Below are positions 1 through 9,453 of a DNA stretch of 64,000 nt, in pieces (the stretch's first letter is position 1; each line of letters starts with the position of its first letter). The position numbers and the translations under genes were made by a program. Under the pieces are notes generated by a model that worked only from the letters and a program-made list of their open reading frames with translations, searched no databases and was not told the origin of the DNA. The DNA is from a virus (lineage: Duplodnaviria > Caudoviricetes), in the IMG/VR virus record IMGVR_UViG_3300002514_008521, positions 1-64,000 of that record; one strand, given 5' to 3'.

Positions 1-3000
1 GTTTGTGTTTATATCCCACCTTAAATAACACTGATTTTATCTGATCATAGTGCTGCATTCCCAGCAACAGTGATCGATCTTCAGTAGCGCTTAATACTAA
101 CGTCATAGATTCATCAGTCACACGTGTAGGTGTATTTGCATAAGGGAATGGTAATGATGCACTAGATGCGACGATGGTAAGATCACGGCTGGCGAAGTTC
201 CTGAGTGCTCCGGATGGAAATATTACAGGTCCCCTGCCTCTTCGCATCGTCCTTCCTGAAAGTGTTTCTATGTCGGGGCCTCCCTGCTTAATATAATCTG
301 TAATGCTGGGCATCATAGAATCATAATACCTCTCAGTATCGTCTACTATCTTAAATCCTCTTAATAAAGAGCCAGTAATTCCTTGTGTACCGGCAGCAGT
401 AGAACCTCGTAGCCCGCGGACGTGATCACTAATTGGTGGTATTGTGTACCCCAGACCGGTCTTAAAAAATCTACCAGCGCATATGCTGTCAATAAATGAA
501 CCACTAAATGAAGAAACAGGTTCTACATCAAACTGATCTACAATTGGATTGTCATAATGTAACGCCTCATGTATCGCATTACTAGTCAGGGGCTGGTTAC
601 TTTCTGACTCTTTGGGCAATGATTGCTTAAGTAGACTACCAAATAATGTTACTTTACTGGGACCGGGAGCCATATTTGACGCATATAAGTCTGCTATTGC
701 TTTTTCGCCTGTGCTGTCAAAGCTAAATCCAGGTTGTTGTTGTGATACAAAACCAAAAACCAATCTGTCTTTTGGCATTAAAATGTAAGGGCTAGTCCTC
801 TGGAGATCCGTCCATGGCTGTAGCATTGGTTCGTTGAGGGGGTTTGAGGCAAATGCCTCAAATTTACTACCACTAGGGACTGCACCCGGTATGGGTGCAA
901 CCATACTCCTTCCGCTGGCGTTTCCAAATAAATCTCTACCCCCATCGGGGTTTCCGTACCAAAAATAGTCAGATGTGGGGGATGGATCTCTAGTTCTTGA
1001 GGCATACGGAGCATTTGTCCATATACCAGGAGAGGTTACTGCCTTCTCCAACCTAAATGAACCGGTAACACCATCCTGTCCGGATTTTTCCTTTAAGATC
1101 AGATCTCTTTTTTTCCAATAGGGTAATGCATCTATATCTACGCTCGAGCCAGCAACTGCAATGCTTCCGAAAGCAACTAGCTCCTTGTGCCTAGACACAG
1201 GAAACGGTCCATTAGGCACTGATAACACCGTGTTAGTGCCCTCTGTCTCAAGATACTGTAACATCCTACCGGACGTGATGGAGTTATTTAGGGACGTGCC
1301 AAACTGATTTAAAATAAAAAAGTTAGATGTTGATGTCGCATTTAAAAGTGAACCAATAGGGTATGTGCCTACCGTCCCCGACCACTCGAAAACCATTTTT
1401 TCTAATAGAAATGGGTGGGTAAGATATTTTGACATATCAAGTAATTGTGAACCAGTCGCATCAAACTTACTTGCCTGCGGAAATCCTGCATAATTTGTTG
1501 GCATACCTGAAGTTTCTGCAGTTCTATCATAGGGAATAGATCCAAACGCAATTCCCATAACCTGGTTTCCAAAAGCGACCATTGACCCTGTTCGGACCAT
1601 ATTTCTTTCATTAGCGTAATCTACATTGCTACCTGATGTCAGGTCTCCTATAGCCTCCCATCGCCTATTATTCCAGTTAAAGTATGCAATCCCTGAATTT
1701 ACTCCAGCAGCATAACCAGAAGCATTGGGTAATGTACCGGTCGACCATGTGATCTTTGTATCTTCCAGCGGGTCTAGGTTTATCACTATTTGTGTCTTAT
1801 CAGCTAGCCGTGCATCAAACCCGGGCAATATATTGGGATCAGTGCCTGTTTGATAAAATGATGATGCCGCATCTAGGTACACGCGTGTTTCATCAAAAGG
1901 ACTTATTGATTGACTTGGTATGTTATTTTGATTTATCTGAATTAGTGCATCAGAGACACCAGGAATAAGACCTCTCACCCCTGTTAGCGACGACGTAAGA
2001 TAAGAGACTGAGTTTATGGTATCAAATAATGGATAATCCTTATTAAGCATTATTGGGTACTGCACTGTCGTTGTTGAATTTGTACCGGAAAATGCCAGAG
2101 TCAGCCGGTCATCAAATGGATCTGTAAATGTCCCTAAAAAGTCTTTATCACCCGTCCTTGCGATTGTGGGGTATTTGCCTAGTGCATTATCCTTTTTATT
2201 CAGTTGGACCCTAGGGGGCAGGTTTGTGGGGCCTGAGATGTATCCAGGGCGGAGCGTTTTATTATATATTGCCTTAATTTCTTCATCGGTTAACCGAACG
2301 CCCCACATTGCAAATTCCGCCAACTGTCCATCAAGCTCGGAATCAGGTGTAGGCCAGGCACCAATATATAAAGCGCCTGATGAATCAGGTTGCATACCAT
2401 CATAACTAGATGAACTTGAATAATCCTCCATGTCCACTGTCACGCCATTCACAAATAATGACATCCCTACATATGCAGAGGGCCCTCCCCGGCCGTCATA
2501 TGTTACAACAATATGATTCCACTTTTGGTTATAATCGCTAGGAGATACAGCAGCGGCGCTTCGTATTTGTTGCGATGAGGTATTGGCCTGGTCACGGATA
2601 CTAAATACAAATTTTTGATCAACACCATGGTATAAAAGATATTCCCAGCCTATGCCACTATCTTTAGCAAACAAGTAATGTGGTTCGCCGGCTTCGATAT
2701 TATCAAAGTTTACCCACAGACTAATTGAAAATGGTTTATCAGAACCAACATACGGAGTGCCGCCACTTGCAATGTGGCTAAATGATAAAAGCGCGCTCGT
2801 CACATCTGCGCTTCTGCCGGCAGAATCATTAAATGTTGCTGCTGGAACGTTGGCGCCGTATTCACCTAATGCCACCATAGAGGCGGGTACCGTCCCATTA
2901 TACGTTATTGATAATGAATGTGGGCCTTCATCAATAGGTGCAAGGGGTGTCATATGTGCCCATATAACTAATTGATCAGAGCACCTCTGTGAGTACACAT

Positions 3001-3061
3001 GTCCACTATAAGAAAATGTGCTATTTAAGTCGTATACACCAGTTTTATTTGCGGTAGCCAT
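1..3061 (-). CDS. Large LamG-domain virion structural protein, partial (runs off the left edge; absent from the ORF track)
   Basis: ATG at 3061 overlaps the TAA of the upstream gene (TAATG). Hand translation gives MATANKTGVYDLNSTFSYSGHVYSQRCSDQLVIWAHM...DKPFSISLWVNFD (LamG-like) and, near 760-840, LQPWTDLQRTSPYILMPKDRLVFGF. The same frame was open in every line spot-checked down to position 2; not every codon was checked. Confidence 0.75.
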   Translation of the reverse strand, partial: MATANKTGVYDLNSTFSYSGHVYSQRCSDQLVIWAHMTPLAPIDEGPHSLSITYNGTVPASMVALGEYGANVPAATFNDSAGRSADVTSALLSFSHIASGGTPYVGSDKPFSISLWVNFDNIEAGEPHYLFAKDSGIGWEYLLYHGVDQKFVFSIRDQANTSSQQIRSAAAVSPSDYNQKWNHIVVTYDGRGGPSAYVGMSLFVNGVTVDMEDYSSSSSYDGMQPDSSGALYIGAWPTPDSELDGQLAEFAMWGVRLTDEEIKAIYNKTLRPGYISGPTNLPPRVQLNKKDNALGKYPTIARTGDKDFLGTFTDPFDDRLTLAFSGTNSTTTVQYPIMLNKDYPLFDTINSVSYLTSSLTGVRGLIPGVSDALIQINQNNIPSQSISPFDETRVYLDAASSFYQTGTDPNILPGFDARLADKTQIVINLDPLEDTKITWSTGTLPNASGYAAGVNSGIAYFNWNNRRWEAIGDLTSGSNVDYANERNMVRTGSMVAFGNQVMGIAFGSIPYDRTAETSGMPTNYAGFPQASKFDATGSQLLDMSKYLTHPFLLEKMVFEWSGTVGTYPIGSLLNATSTSNFFILNQFGTSLNNSITSGRMLQYLETEGTNTVLSVPNGPFPVSRHKELVAFGSIAVAGSSVDIDALPYWKKRDLILKEKSGQDGVTGSFRLEKAVTSPGIWTNAPYASRTRDPSPTSDYFWYGNPDGGRDLFGNASGRSMVAPIPGAVPSGSKFEAFASNPLNEPMLQPWTDLQRTSPYILMPKDRLVFGFVSQQQPGFSFDSTGEKAIADLYASNMAPGPSKVTLFGSLLKQSLPKESESNQPLTSNAIHEALHYDNPIVDQFDVEPVSSFSGSFIDSICAGRFFKTGLGYTIPPISDHVRGLRGSTAAGTQGITGSLLRGFKIVDDTERYYDSMMPSITDYIKQGGPDIETLSGRTMRRGRGPVIFPSGALRNFASRDLTIVASSASLPFPYANTPTRVTDESMTLVLSATEDRSLLLGMQHYDQIKSVLFKVGYKHK

Positions 3062-3993
3062 TACTTTAACCATCCCCCAAATGCTAGTGAATCTGTACCC
3101 TCTGGATTATGACCATATGTGAAACCAGCAGTCGACGACTTGTGATCAAACGGAAGCAGACTATTTTCACTAGAACCCGTCAATTGATATAACACTTCTT
3201 TCATTTCGAAATCATGATCTCCATAGTCTGCCCACTTATATTCTTTTTTTGATATGTCAACAAAGGGCGTGAATTTCCCTAGTCTAAAATCAATATTTCC
3301 GGGTAAGGGTAAAGAAGATGTAAGAAATACATTCTGACTATCGAAAAATGGTACCGTCACAGGAGCTTCATTTTTTCCATTATAAATAAACTGACTTATT
3401 TTTGTGTTATTACGCAACGTCAGTGTATACATAGAAGAGATTGATGCCTTAATAGTATGTGGATAAAACTTTGAACCGCTAAGCTGTCCCTGGAGATCAC
3501 CGCGGCGGTCGATAAACCTTCGAATAGTCAACGGTTCGATCACACCATCCATTTGCCCATCTTGTACTAGTGACGTATAAAAAACGGGGTTGGGATAAGA
3601 AGGAATTGAACCAGCCGTCATATCACGTAATGTCGAGCCTGAAGAGTAGCCCACCTGATCAACAAAGGGAGTCTCTTCATTAAACTCATATGACTGGCCA
3701 TGGATTGTTTGCAACAGGCCATGGGAGACCCGGGATTCTAGAGCACTTGGTGAACCCAAGCTAGATGGGATTCCAAGTGCCGTATCCGGAAGGGCATCAT
3801 CAAAAAACTTGTTAGGATCGCCATAACTTCCAGACTGGCGTAATACAATAGAATCTTCACTCCATATCTGCGGAACGTTGGCTGAATAAAATGTGTGCTT
3901 AACCTGTGTTATCGATACGCCCTGACGAAACATAGAAATTGTGCCACTTAAGGTGGCTTGCATTGTTTTTCTAGTCTTTCTATTAGAGCTCAT
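3061..3993 (-). CDS. Putative virion structural protein (310 aa, S/T/G-rich)
   Basis: Tightly packed in the baseplate operon (7-nt gap upstream, overlap downstream); composition like neighbouring structural proteins; no recognised family. Confidence 0.6.
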   Translation of the reverse strand: MSSNRKTRKTMQATLSGTISMFRQGVSITQVKHTFYSANVPQIWSEDSIVLRQSGSYGDPNKFFDDALPDTALGIPSSLGSPSALESRVSHGLLQTIHGQSYEFNEETPFVDQVGYSSGSTLRDMTAGSIPSYPNPVFYTSLVQDGQMDGVIEPLTIRRFIDRRGDLQGQLSGSKFYPHTIKASISSMYTLTLRNNTKISQFIYNGKNEAPVTVPFFDSQNVFLTSSLPLPGNIDFRLGKFTPFVDISKKEYKWADYGDHDFEMKEVLYQLTGSSENSLLPFDHKSSTAGFTYGHNPEGTDSLAFGGWLK

Positions 3994-4000
3994 CTTCTAA

Positions 4001-7000
4001 CTAATCCTTCTTTATAACAGCAATTATAAGTGAGGGTGCCGGTTGGGGATTTGTGTCTGTTTTATTTGATATCAAGTTTTCAACACTTGAGGATTTTGCC
4101 GTAGTTCCCCACTGGGGCGTCTCGTTGTTTTCGCCACCACCACTATTATTGTCTGATGGTTTTGACTGATTGCCCTTTCCAGGAAAACCTGAGCTGGCAT
4201 TGACCGATGACTTTAAGCCTGGCAAATTCGTACTATGGGGCGTATCAGCTTTTTCGGGACGATCTCTAGACGCACGAAGTGAAAAGGGAACGTTAACGTC
4301 CTGCCAGTCATATCTAAATTTCGCGCGTTCTAACATATGTGACTCTATTATAAAATTAACGCCTAGAAAATTTGTTCTAGAAGGAACTAATCTGTCTATT
4401 AAAATTCCTATTGTGTCGTCGAACCATTTAAAGAATTCAAAAAACTCTTTTATTTTTATCCTACGTGTTAATCGATTAAAGTAAATGTCTCGAAGACGTC
4501 TTAGGTCTGGGTATGTCTCCGAATATAATAATTCCGGAGCACCAATGATGTTATTGAAAATATCTAAATTAGAAAACATTGTGATGATATCTTCATTCAA
4601 CGCCTGCACTAGAGAATTCTCAACAGAAAATCTGACATCGTCTTCTGGACGGATTGATTTTCGTGGTTCATAAACCGGTGCTATCTTACCCCCCAATTCT
4701 TCAACATTTTTTATACTTTGAAAACTTCGTATGCGAATCTTATTGTCCGAGGAACGCTCATCAAACCGCGGATCAATATAGCTATAAGAAAACCTTTCAG
4801 GCTTTATTACTCTTTTAGATTTTTCAAAACCAGTAAATGTTGCGCCGCCTTTTCCAAAAGTTTGTGAAAAATCAGTCAAGTACAACATTCCTTCTTCATT
4901 TGAATTAGTAACCGGCTGATCCATTGTTGTGTCAAGCCTTAATCTTTGCCATGAGCCGGTGGTCGTAAACGTAAAATTAAAATTGCTAAAGGGATCTCTT
5001 ACACCCGTCGACTTAAAGTCTCGGGTGTGTGTAATAACATCAGCCTTCTCTAAAGCTTTAGACCAAAATCTCACTCTGCTAACTTTTCCTGTAAACATCG
5101 TCTGGCGTATCTGATCATTTACGGATGCATCTGGATATGAAGCATTAAGGAAATTGTTATAACTGTTGTTAATGCTTTGTGAGCCAATACAGATAAATGA
5201 CCCGCTTGTATTAATGACACTTACGTTTTGAAGAACATTTAGTGCTGGATTACTCTCGCTAACGAAGCTGCTAGTCATGTGTAATGCGGCGATATCACCA
5301 TAATTTTGACGTGATGCATTAAGAAAATATGATGAACTTGTCCATGAGTTCATCTGATCATTTCTCCTTCTGCCGAATGAGATATGCCACTTATTTCCGT
5401 CAAAAATATTGACTCCAGTTAAGTTAAGTTCAAATGGCCTGTTTGTTGAAGGCTGATTGCCACCGGCATCTACCATACCCATAAGTCTTAATGAAGCCGT
5501 AGTAGGAGATCTTCCTGAAAATATTGATGATGTTAAAGCTAATAAGTTAAATACGACTTTTGGAGATGCATGATCACTACCGGTTATATGAATCCTTGCT
5601 AACGACTGTGTTCCTGGATGAATCATATTTCCGGTCAGAGGAGAATATTTATACAGTCCCTCAAATGCCCATGAACCAGATGTTAATAAGCCATCATCAG
5701 GCTCTGGTGACATACCATATGTGTACCCTTTAGAGATTAAGTCAGAGGTCTTAACGAATGAAGTGGCCTTGGGTTTTGGATATCCCAATGAGGGCCCCGC
5801 ATAACGTGATGAAGACAGAAATGCTGACTGAAAGAACGGGTAGTCAGGTGAAATTCCGGTATTAGGATCCGGTGTTCCGGCGCCGTGAGGATCTTTTTTC
5901 AGTGCGAATGTTCCAGTCATAGTTCCACTGAATGATGCCATGGATGAGACCTCGGTTTTATAACGCCTGTCTTGATCAATGGTCAGGGTTTTGGGTCCAC
6001 CGAACTCCCTAAACCTAAAATTTGAATCTGGATCTAGGCCAGTGGCTCGAATTAATGCCTTTATACCATGTACCGTGCCTTTGCTGTTGACAATTTCATG
6101 CATATTAACAAGAATTCGTCTCCATATTTGCCCCTGAATATGCTTCAGGCTTTTATGGGGCAATTGCTCTTTTACTGTAAGGTTCTCACCCTCAAACATC
6201 TGTTTTATGCTAGCATTTGAGTAAAAAGATGGTAATGTAAACCCATGTAAATCACCTAATTGTGGTAAGAAATGATCTGCAATCCCTTTTGTTTCTATAT
6301 AGTCTGGATGAACTAGTTCACCAAAGTGATCTAGATACATTTTAATCTCATCAAAAAACTTTGCCCACATTAACGATAAGATAGAAATAATTTGAGGCGA
6401 GGACATCTTTCCCCCACCAGGAAAATCAGAAGATCCAGATGAAAATAGCTGCCCAACACCACCATCATAATCTGATAGCCCTTCAGCAAACTGGGCCTCA
6501 AGTAGATAATGCTCAGGAATTAAGTTTGTAATAAGATTTGGGTTATTAGTATCATAGTCGCTTGCAGATGATAGTAATTCCATGTTGAGATTTATTATGC
6601 TACTATCAAAAGGAAAAAGAATGGGATTAACACCAGGCAACTCAAGCCGAAGAGGCATTTTTAAACCGCCACTGTACCTGAGACGTTCTTTAAAGTTTTT
6701 TACCTCTGCGTGCAATCCATGCCCGGAAGAGTCTAGGACTAGGGGAGCTATCGAACTTTGCGCTTTGCCGGGAATTGTTCCAGATGGCTCATTAAACTTA
6801 TAATATGCCTTCAGACTATCTTGTGCAAATACATTTCTTATCTGAAACTCTTTCTGTTGGGCCGGTGATCTTAATCCATTGAATATTCTAAGCTCATCTA
6901 AGGCGCCTGAAAATGTTTGTCTTGGCTCAAAATAGCTAAGTGTTCCATCACCCTTGGCACCCGACATGTGTAGCGTTCCACTTCCTATGATTAGTGGGGC

Positions 7001-7846
7001 GAAGGTGTATCCCAAAGAACCCATCTCACTAGACATCGTTGAAGTCGCTATTAAGTTTCCGCTTTGATAAAGCTCTATTTCATGGTACCCAGGATTTCTG
7101 TTAAACGTTACACAAACATTCCGAAATCCTCCCTTCTGTAACTTCATTGAACTAGTAATAACGTGATTCGTCCCGGACGACATCAAGGCAAAGAATGTAC
7201 ACTCTTCCGTACTTTCACTTGGGTTTAGTCCAATTGTAAATCCTGTATTCGTACCTGACAACCTCTGAAGTAATACAGAGCCAGAATTGAATTCTTTCGC
7301 TAGCGCGACAGAAAATTCGATTGTTGTAGTCGAATCACCAGGGCCCAGAATCGTACCTCCACTCCTGTCTTTAGACAGACTAGGCTTATAGGCTCCTGCC
7401 TTATCAGATATCTGTATATAAGTTCCTTCATGTGATAGCGCATCATATGAACCAGAGAAATGCAAAAATCCCCTTCTCTTTGGAAATCTATCATATACAT
7501 GTTTTTCAAATCCAGTAAGTGAATCGAAAAAACTACTTATCTCATCAGTGTTGCCATCAAATGGGAAGTTATTAATAATTCTGTCAAATGCAACATTTAC
7601 TTTTGACTCAGCAGAATTAAAGAATGTGTGATTTTCGAATTGTGAAAAGTCAACGTTCAGTTGCTGTGTTGATTTGATCCCAGTAAGACCGGGCGTATCA
7701 TAATGAAATGAAGAGGTACCGATAATGGTACCGGTCAATATTGCAGCGTACTTATTTGAAGAAATCGAACTATCGAATGCTATCTTTTTAACAACTGCCG
7801 GTGAAAATAGCGATGTCTTACTAAAAAATGGGCGATTTTTTTTCAT
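4001..7846 (-). CDS. Baseplate wedge protein (T4 gp7 / P2 gpI-like region) with LamG/concanavalin-like domains, 1281 aa
   Basis: LamG-type motifs (FSGALDELRIFNG; FTGKVSRVRFWSKAL) and a gpI/gp7-like segment (IWRRILVNMHEIVNSKGTVHGIKALIRATGL); lies downstream of gp6- and gp25-like genes. Confidence 0.65.
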   Translation of the reverse strand: MKKNRPFFSKTSLFSPAVVKKIAFDSSISSNKYAAILTGTIIGTSSFHYDTPGLTGIKSTQQLNVDFSQFENHTFFNSAESKVNVAFDRIINNFPFDGNTDEISSFFDSLTGFEKHVYDRFPKRRGFLHFSGSYDALSHEGTYIQISDKAGAYKPSLSKDRSGGTILGPGDSTTTIEFSVALAKEFNSGSVLLQRLSGTNTGFTIGLNPSESTEECTFFALMSSGTNHVITSSMKLQKGGFRNVCVTFNRNPGYHEIELYQSGNLIATSTMSSEMGSLGYTFAPLIIGSGTLHMSGAKGDGTLSYFEPRQTFSGALDELRIFNGLRSPAQQKEFQIRNVFAQDSLKAYYKFNEPSGTIPGKAQSSIAPLVLDSSGHGLHAEVKNFKERLRYSGGLKMPLRLELPGVNPILFPFDSSIINLNMELLSSASDYDTNNPNLITNLIPEHYLLEAQFAEGLSDYDGGVGQLFSSGSSDFPGGGKMSSPQIISILSLMWAKFFDEIKMYLDHFGELVHPDYIETKGIADHFLPQLGDLHGFTLPSFYSNASIKQMFEGENLTVKEQLPHKSLKHIQGQIWRRILVNMHEIVNSKGTVHGIKALIRATGLDPDSNFRFREFGGPKTLTIDQDRRYKTEVSSMASFSGTMTGTFALKKDPHGAGTPDPNTGISPDYPFFQSAFLSSSRYAGPSLGYPKPKATSFVKTSDLISKGYTYGMSPEPDDGLLTSGSWAFEGLYKYSPLTGNMIHPGTQSLARIHITGSDHASPKVVFNLLALTSSIFSGRSPTTASLRLMGMVDAGGNQPSTNRPFELNLTGVNIFDGNKWHISFGRRRNDQMNSWTSSSYFLNASRQNYGDIAALHMTSSFVSESNPALNVLQNVSVINTSGSFICIGSQSINNSYNNFLNASYPDASVNDQIRQTMFTGKVSRVRFWSKALEKADVITHTRDFKSTGVRDPFSNFNFTFTTTGSWQRLRLDTTMDQPVTNSNEEGMLYLTDFSQTFGKGGATFTGFEKSKRVIKPERFSYSYIDPRFDERSSDNKIRIRSFQSIKNVEELGGKIAPVYEPRKSIRPEDDVRFSVENSLVQALNEDIITMFSNLDIFNNIIGAPELLYSETYPDLRRLRDIYFNRLTRRIKIKEFFEFFKWFDDTIGILIDRLVPSRTNFLGVNFIIESHMLERAKFRYDWQDVNVPFSLRASRDRPEKADTPHSTNLPGLKSSVNASSGFPGKGNQSKPSDNNSGGGENNETPQWGTTAKSSSVENLISNKTDTNPQPAPSLIIAVIKKD

Positions 7847-7850
7847 GAAC

Positions 7851-9446
7851 TTATTCGTTTACCCTAAATCTTAAATTTTCTGCGCGTAATATTATCTCGC
7901 TTCCACGATCTACAACCGAAAACTCTAGAGTGTAATCCTGTCCCGGCGGGAGGGAGTCCATATACATGTCAAATGACATACCTTGAGAATCACTTGATAG
8001 TCTAGTACCATTATTCCCTTTTGTGAATGGGATTATAATTTCACCACTATTAATATTGATGGCGCGCCAGTATACCTCTTCAAGAATTATACTCTTTAAC
8101 CTGTAGGGTAGTTTGTAAGGTTTTTCGTTACGCTTAAACTCTCTTGCAAAGATCCTGAATGTTGTCCGTTCCGTCACATCATATACTGCCTTTGCATTCA
8201 AAACAGTAAATTGAAGATCACGTGGGACATCTACAAAGCTTGTGCGTGGGTTTGCCTTTATAGTTAAGCTGCCTGTATAATACCCTTGCTTTCGATCAAT
8301 TGATGACCAATATTCCTCCAGAGTTAAAGAACCACTGGCTGCTGCAAAATTAGACACTGTATCAGTGCCTATAACGACTGACGATTCTGCAAATGGTATT
8401 GCAAATGATGCCGAATATACACCGGTCACGTAGTTATATGATTCTGAAGTGTCGCCATTATACCATAGAGTTCCTGCCTGGTGTTGCGATGCACTCATCG
8501 TCTTCTTAAATGAGCCTGTACGTAATGTTAGGAGCATACAATTAGTACCTGTAACTGGTGTTAATGCGGTACCAGAAAGTATATTTGCGGGTGAACTTCG
8601 ATGAAAATTATTTAAAAATAGTGATCCTGTAATATCAAAATAAAAATTCTGGTGATGATCAACAACTGCATTGTCATATGAAACATTCAGTCGTGGGCGT
8701 AGTCTCCTGTTTCTTACATGCCGACTTGCAAACCTCTTGACAAATCTTGTTTTTTCGTCTCTTTCTTCTGAGCCTGTATATGACAATCTCCAACCGCAAT
8801 CAGGCAAAATACCAGCGAGGGTCGCCGACACTATTGTCGTAACATCCATCTTTAGATTTTCCGTGCCATTCTTAAAGTATTGTTTTACGCCTAGGCCCCT
8901 TAAAGAGGATCCGTCGTTTAAGTTTCCGGAAACTATAATGTCTAAGTTCGTAGGATATCCAGCCGATGTAGCGGTATGATCAATATTCCCTTGTGAATCT
9001 GCACCAGATAAATACCATGGGCTCACTGTTGAGTTGGCCACTGAGGCAGTTATAAAGTTTGCTCTATCCAAGTCCGAAAATGATGCCACGTCCCTGCCAA
9101 TACCTTCATCAAATGATTGCGAAAGGGGGAAGAGAATTAAACTAAAGTTAGAAGGAACAACCTGGCCTCCCATTATATCAAATAACTCAAGCTCACACTT
9201 GAATGCCGAGCTACCTAAATTAAGTTCGCTATTCTTTAGCTTGTTTATTCTATCAAAGTCAAACTTTATTAATGCGCGAGAAAGCTCATTTGTTGTTGTA
9301 GTTCCGCTCAGAATAGATTCATCCCACAACCGAAATATATCAAGAGTTGATGCATACCCAGTGTTCGCATCTGAAGCACTAAAATTGCTATTGATTATTT
9401 TGTTTGTAATGTATGTGTCTTTACTGGCAGTTAAAATAAAATACAT
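7851..9446 (-). CDS. Putative baseplate-associated structural protein (531 aa)
   Basis: Operonic between wedge genes; N-terminal ASKDTYIT...SRALIKFD resembles DNRLRE-type domains; rich in [ST]G[ST] motifs. Confidence 0.55.
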   Translation of the reverse strand: MYFILTASKDTYITNKIINSNFSASDANTGYASTLDIFRLWDESILSGTTTTNELSRALIKFDFDRINKLKNSELNLGSSAFKCELELFDIMGGQVVPSNFSLILFPLSQSFDEGIGRDVASFSDLDRANFITASVANSTVSPWYLSGADSQGNIDHTATSAGYPTNLDIIVSGNLNDGSSLRGLGVKQYFKNGTENLKMDVTTIVSATLAGILPDCGWRLSYTGSEERDEKTRFVKRFASRHVRNRRLRPRLNVSYDNAVVDHHQNFYFDITGSLFLNNFHRSSPANILSGTALTPVTGTNCMLLTLRTGSFKKTMSASQHQAGTLWYNGDTSESYNYVTGVYSASFAIPFAESSVVIGTDTVSNFAAASGSLTLEEYWSSIDRKQGYYTGSLTIKANPRTSFVDVPRDLQFTVLNAKAVYDVTERTTFRIFAREFKRNEKPYKLPYRLKSIILEEVYWRAININSGEIIIPFTKGNNGTRLSSDSQGMSFDMYMDSLPPGQDYTLEFSVVDRGSEIILRAENLRFRVNE

Positions 9447-9453
9447 TGTTCAC

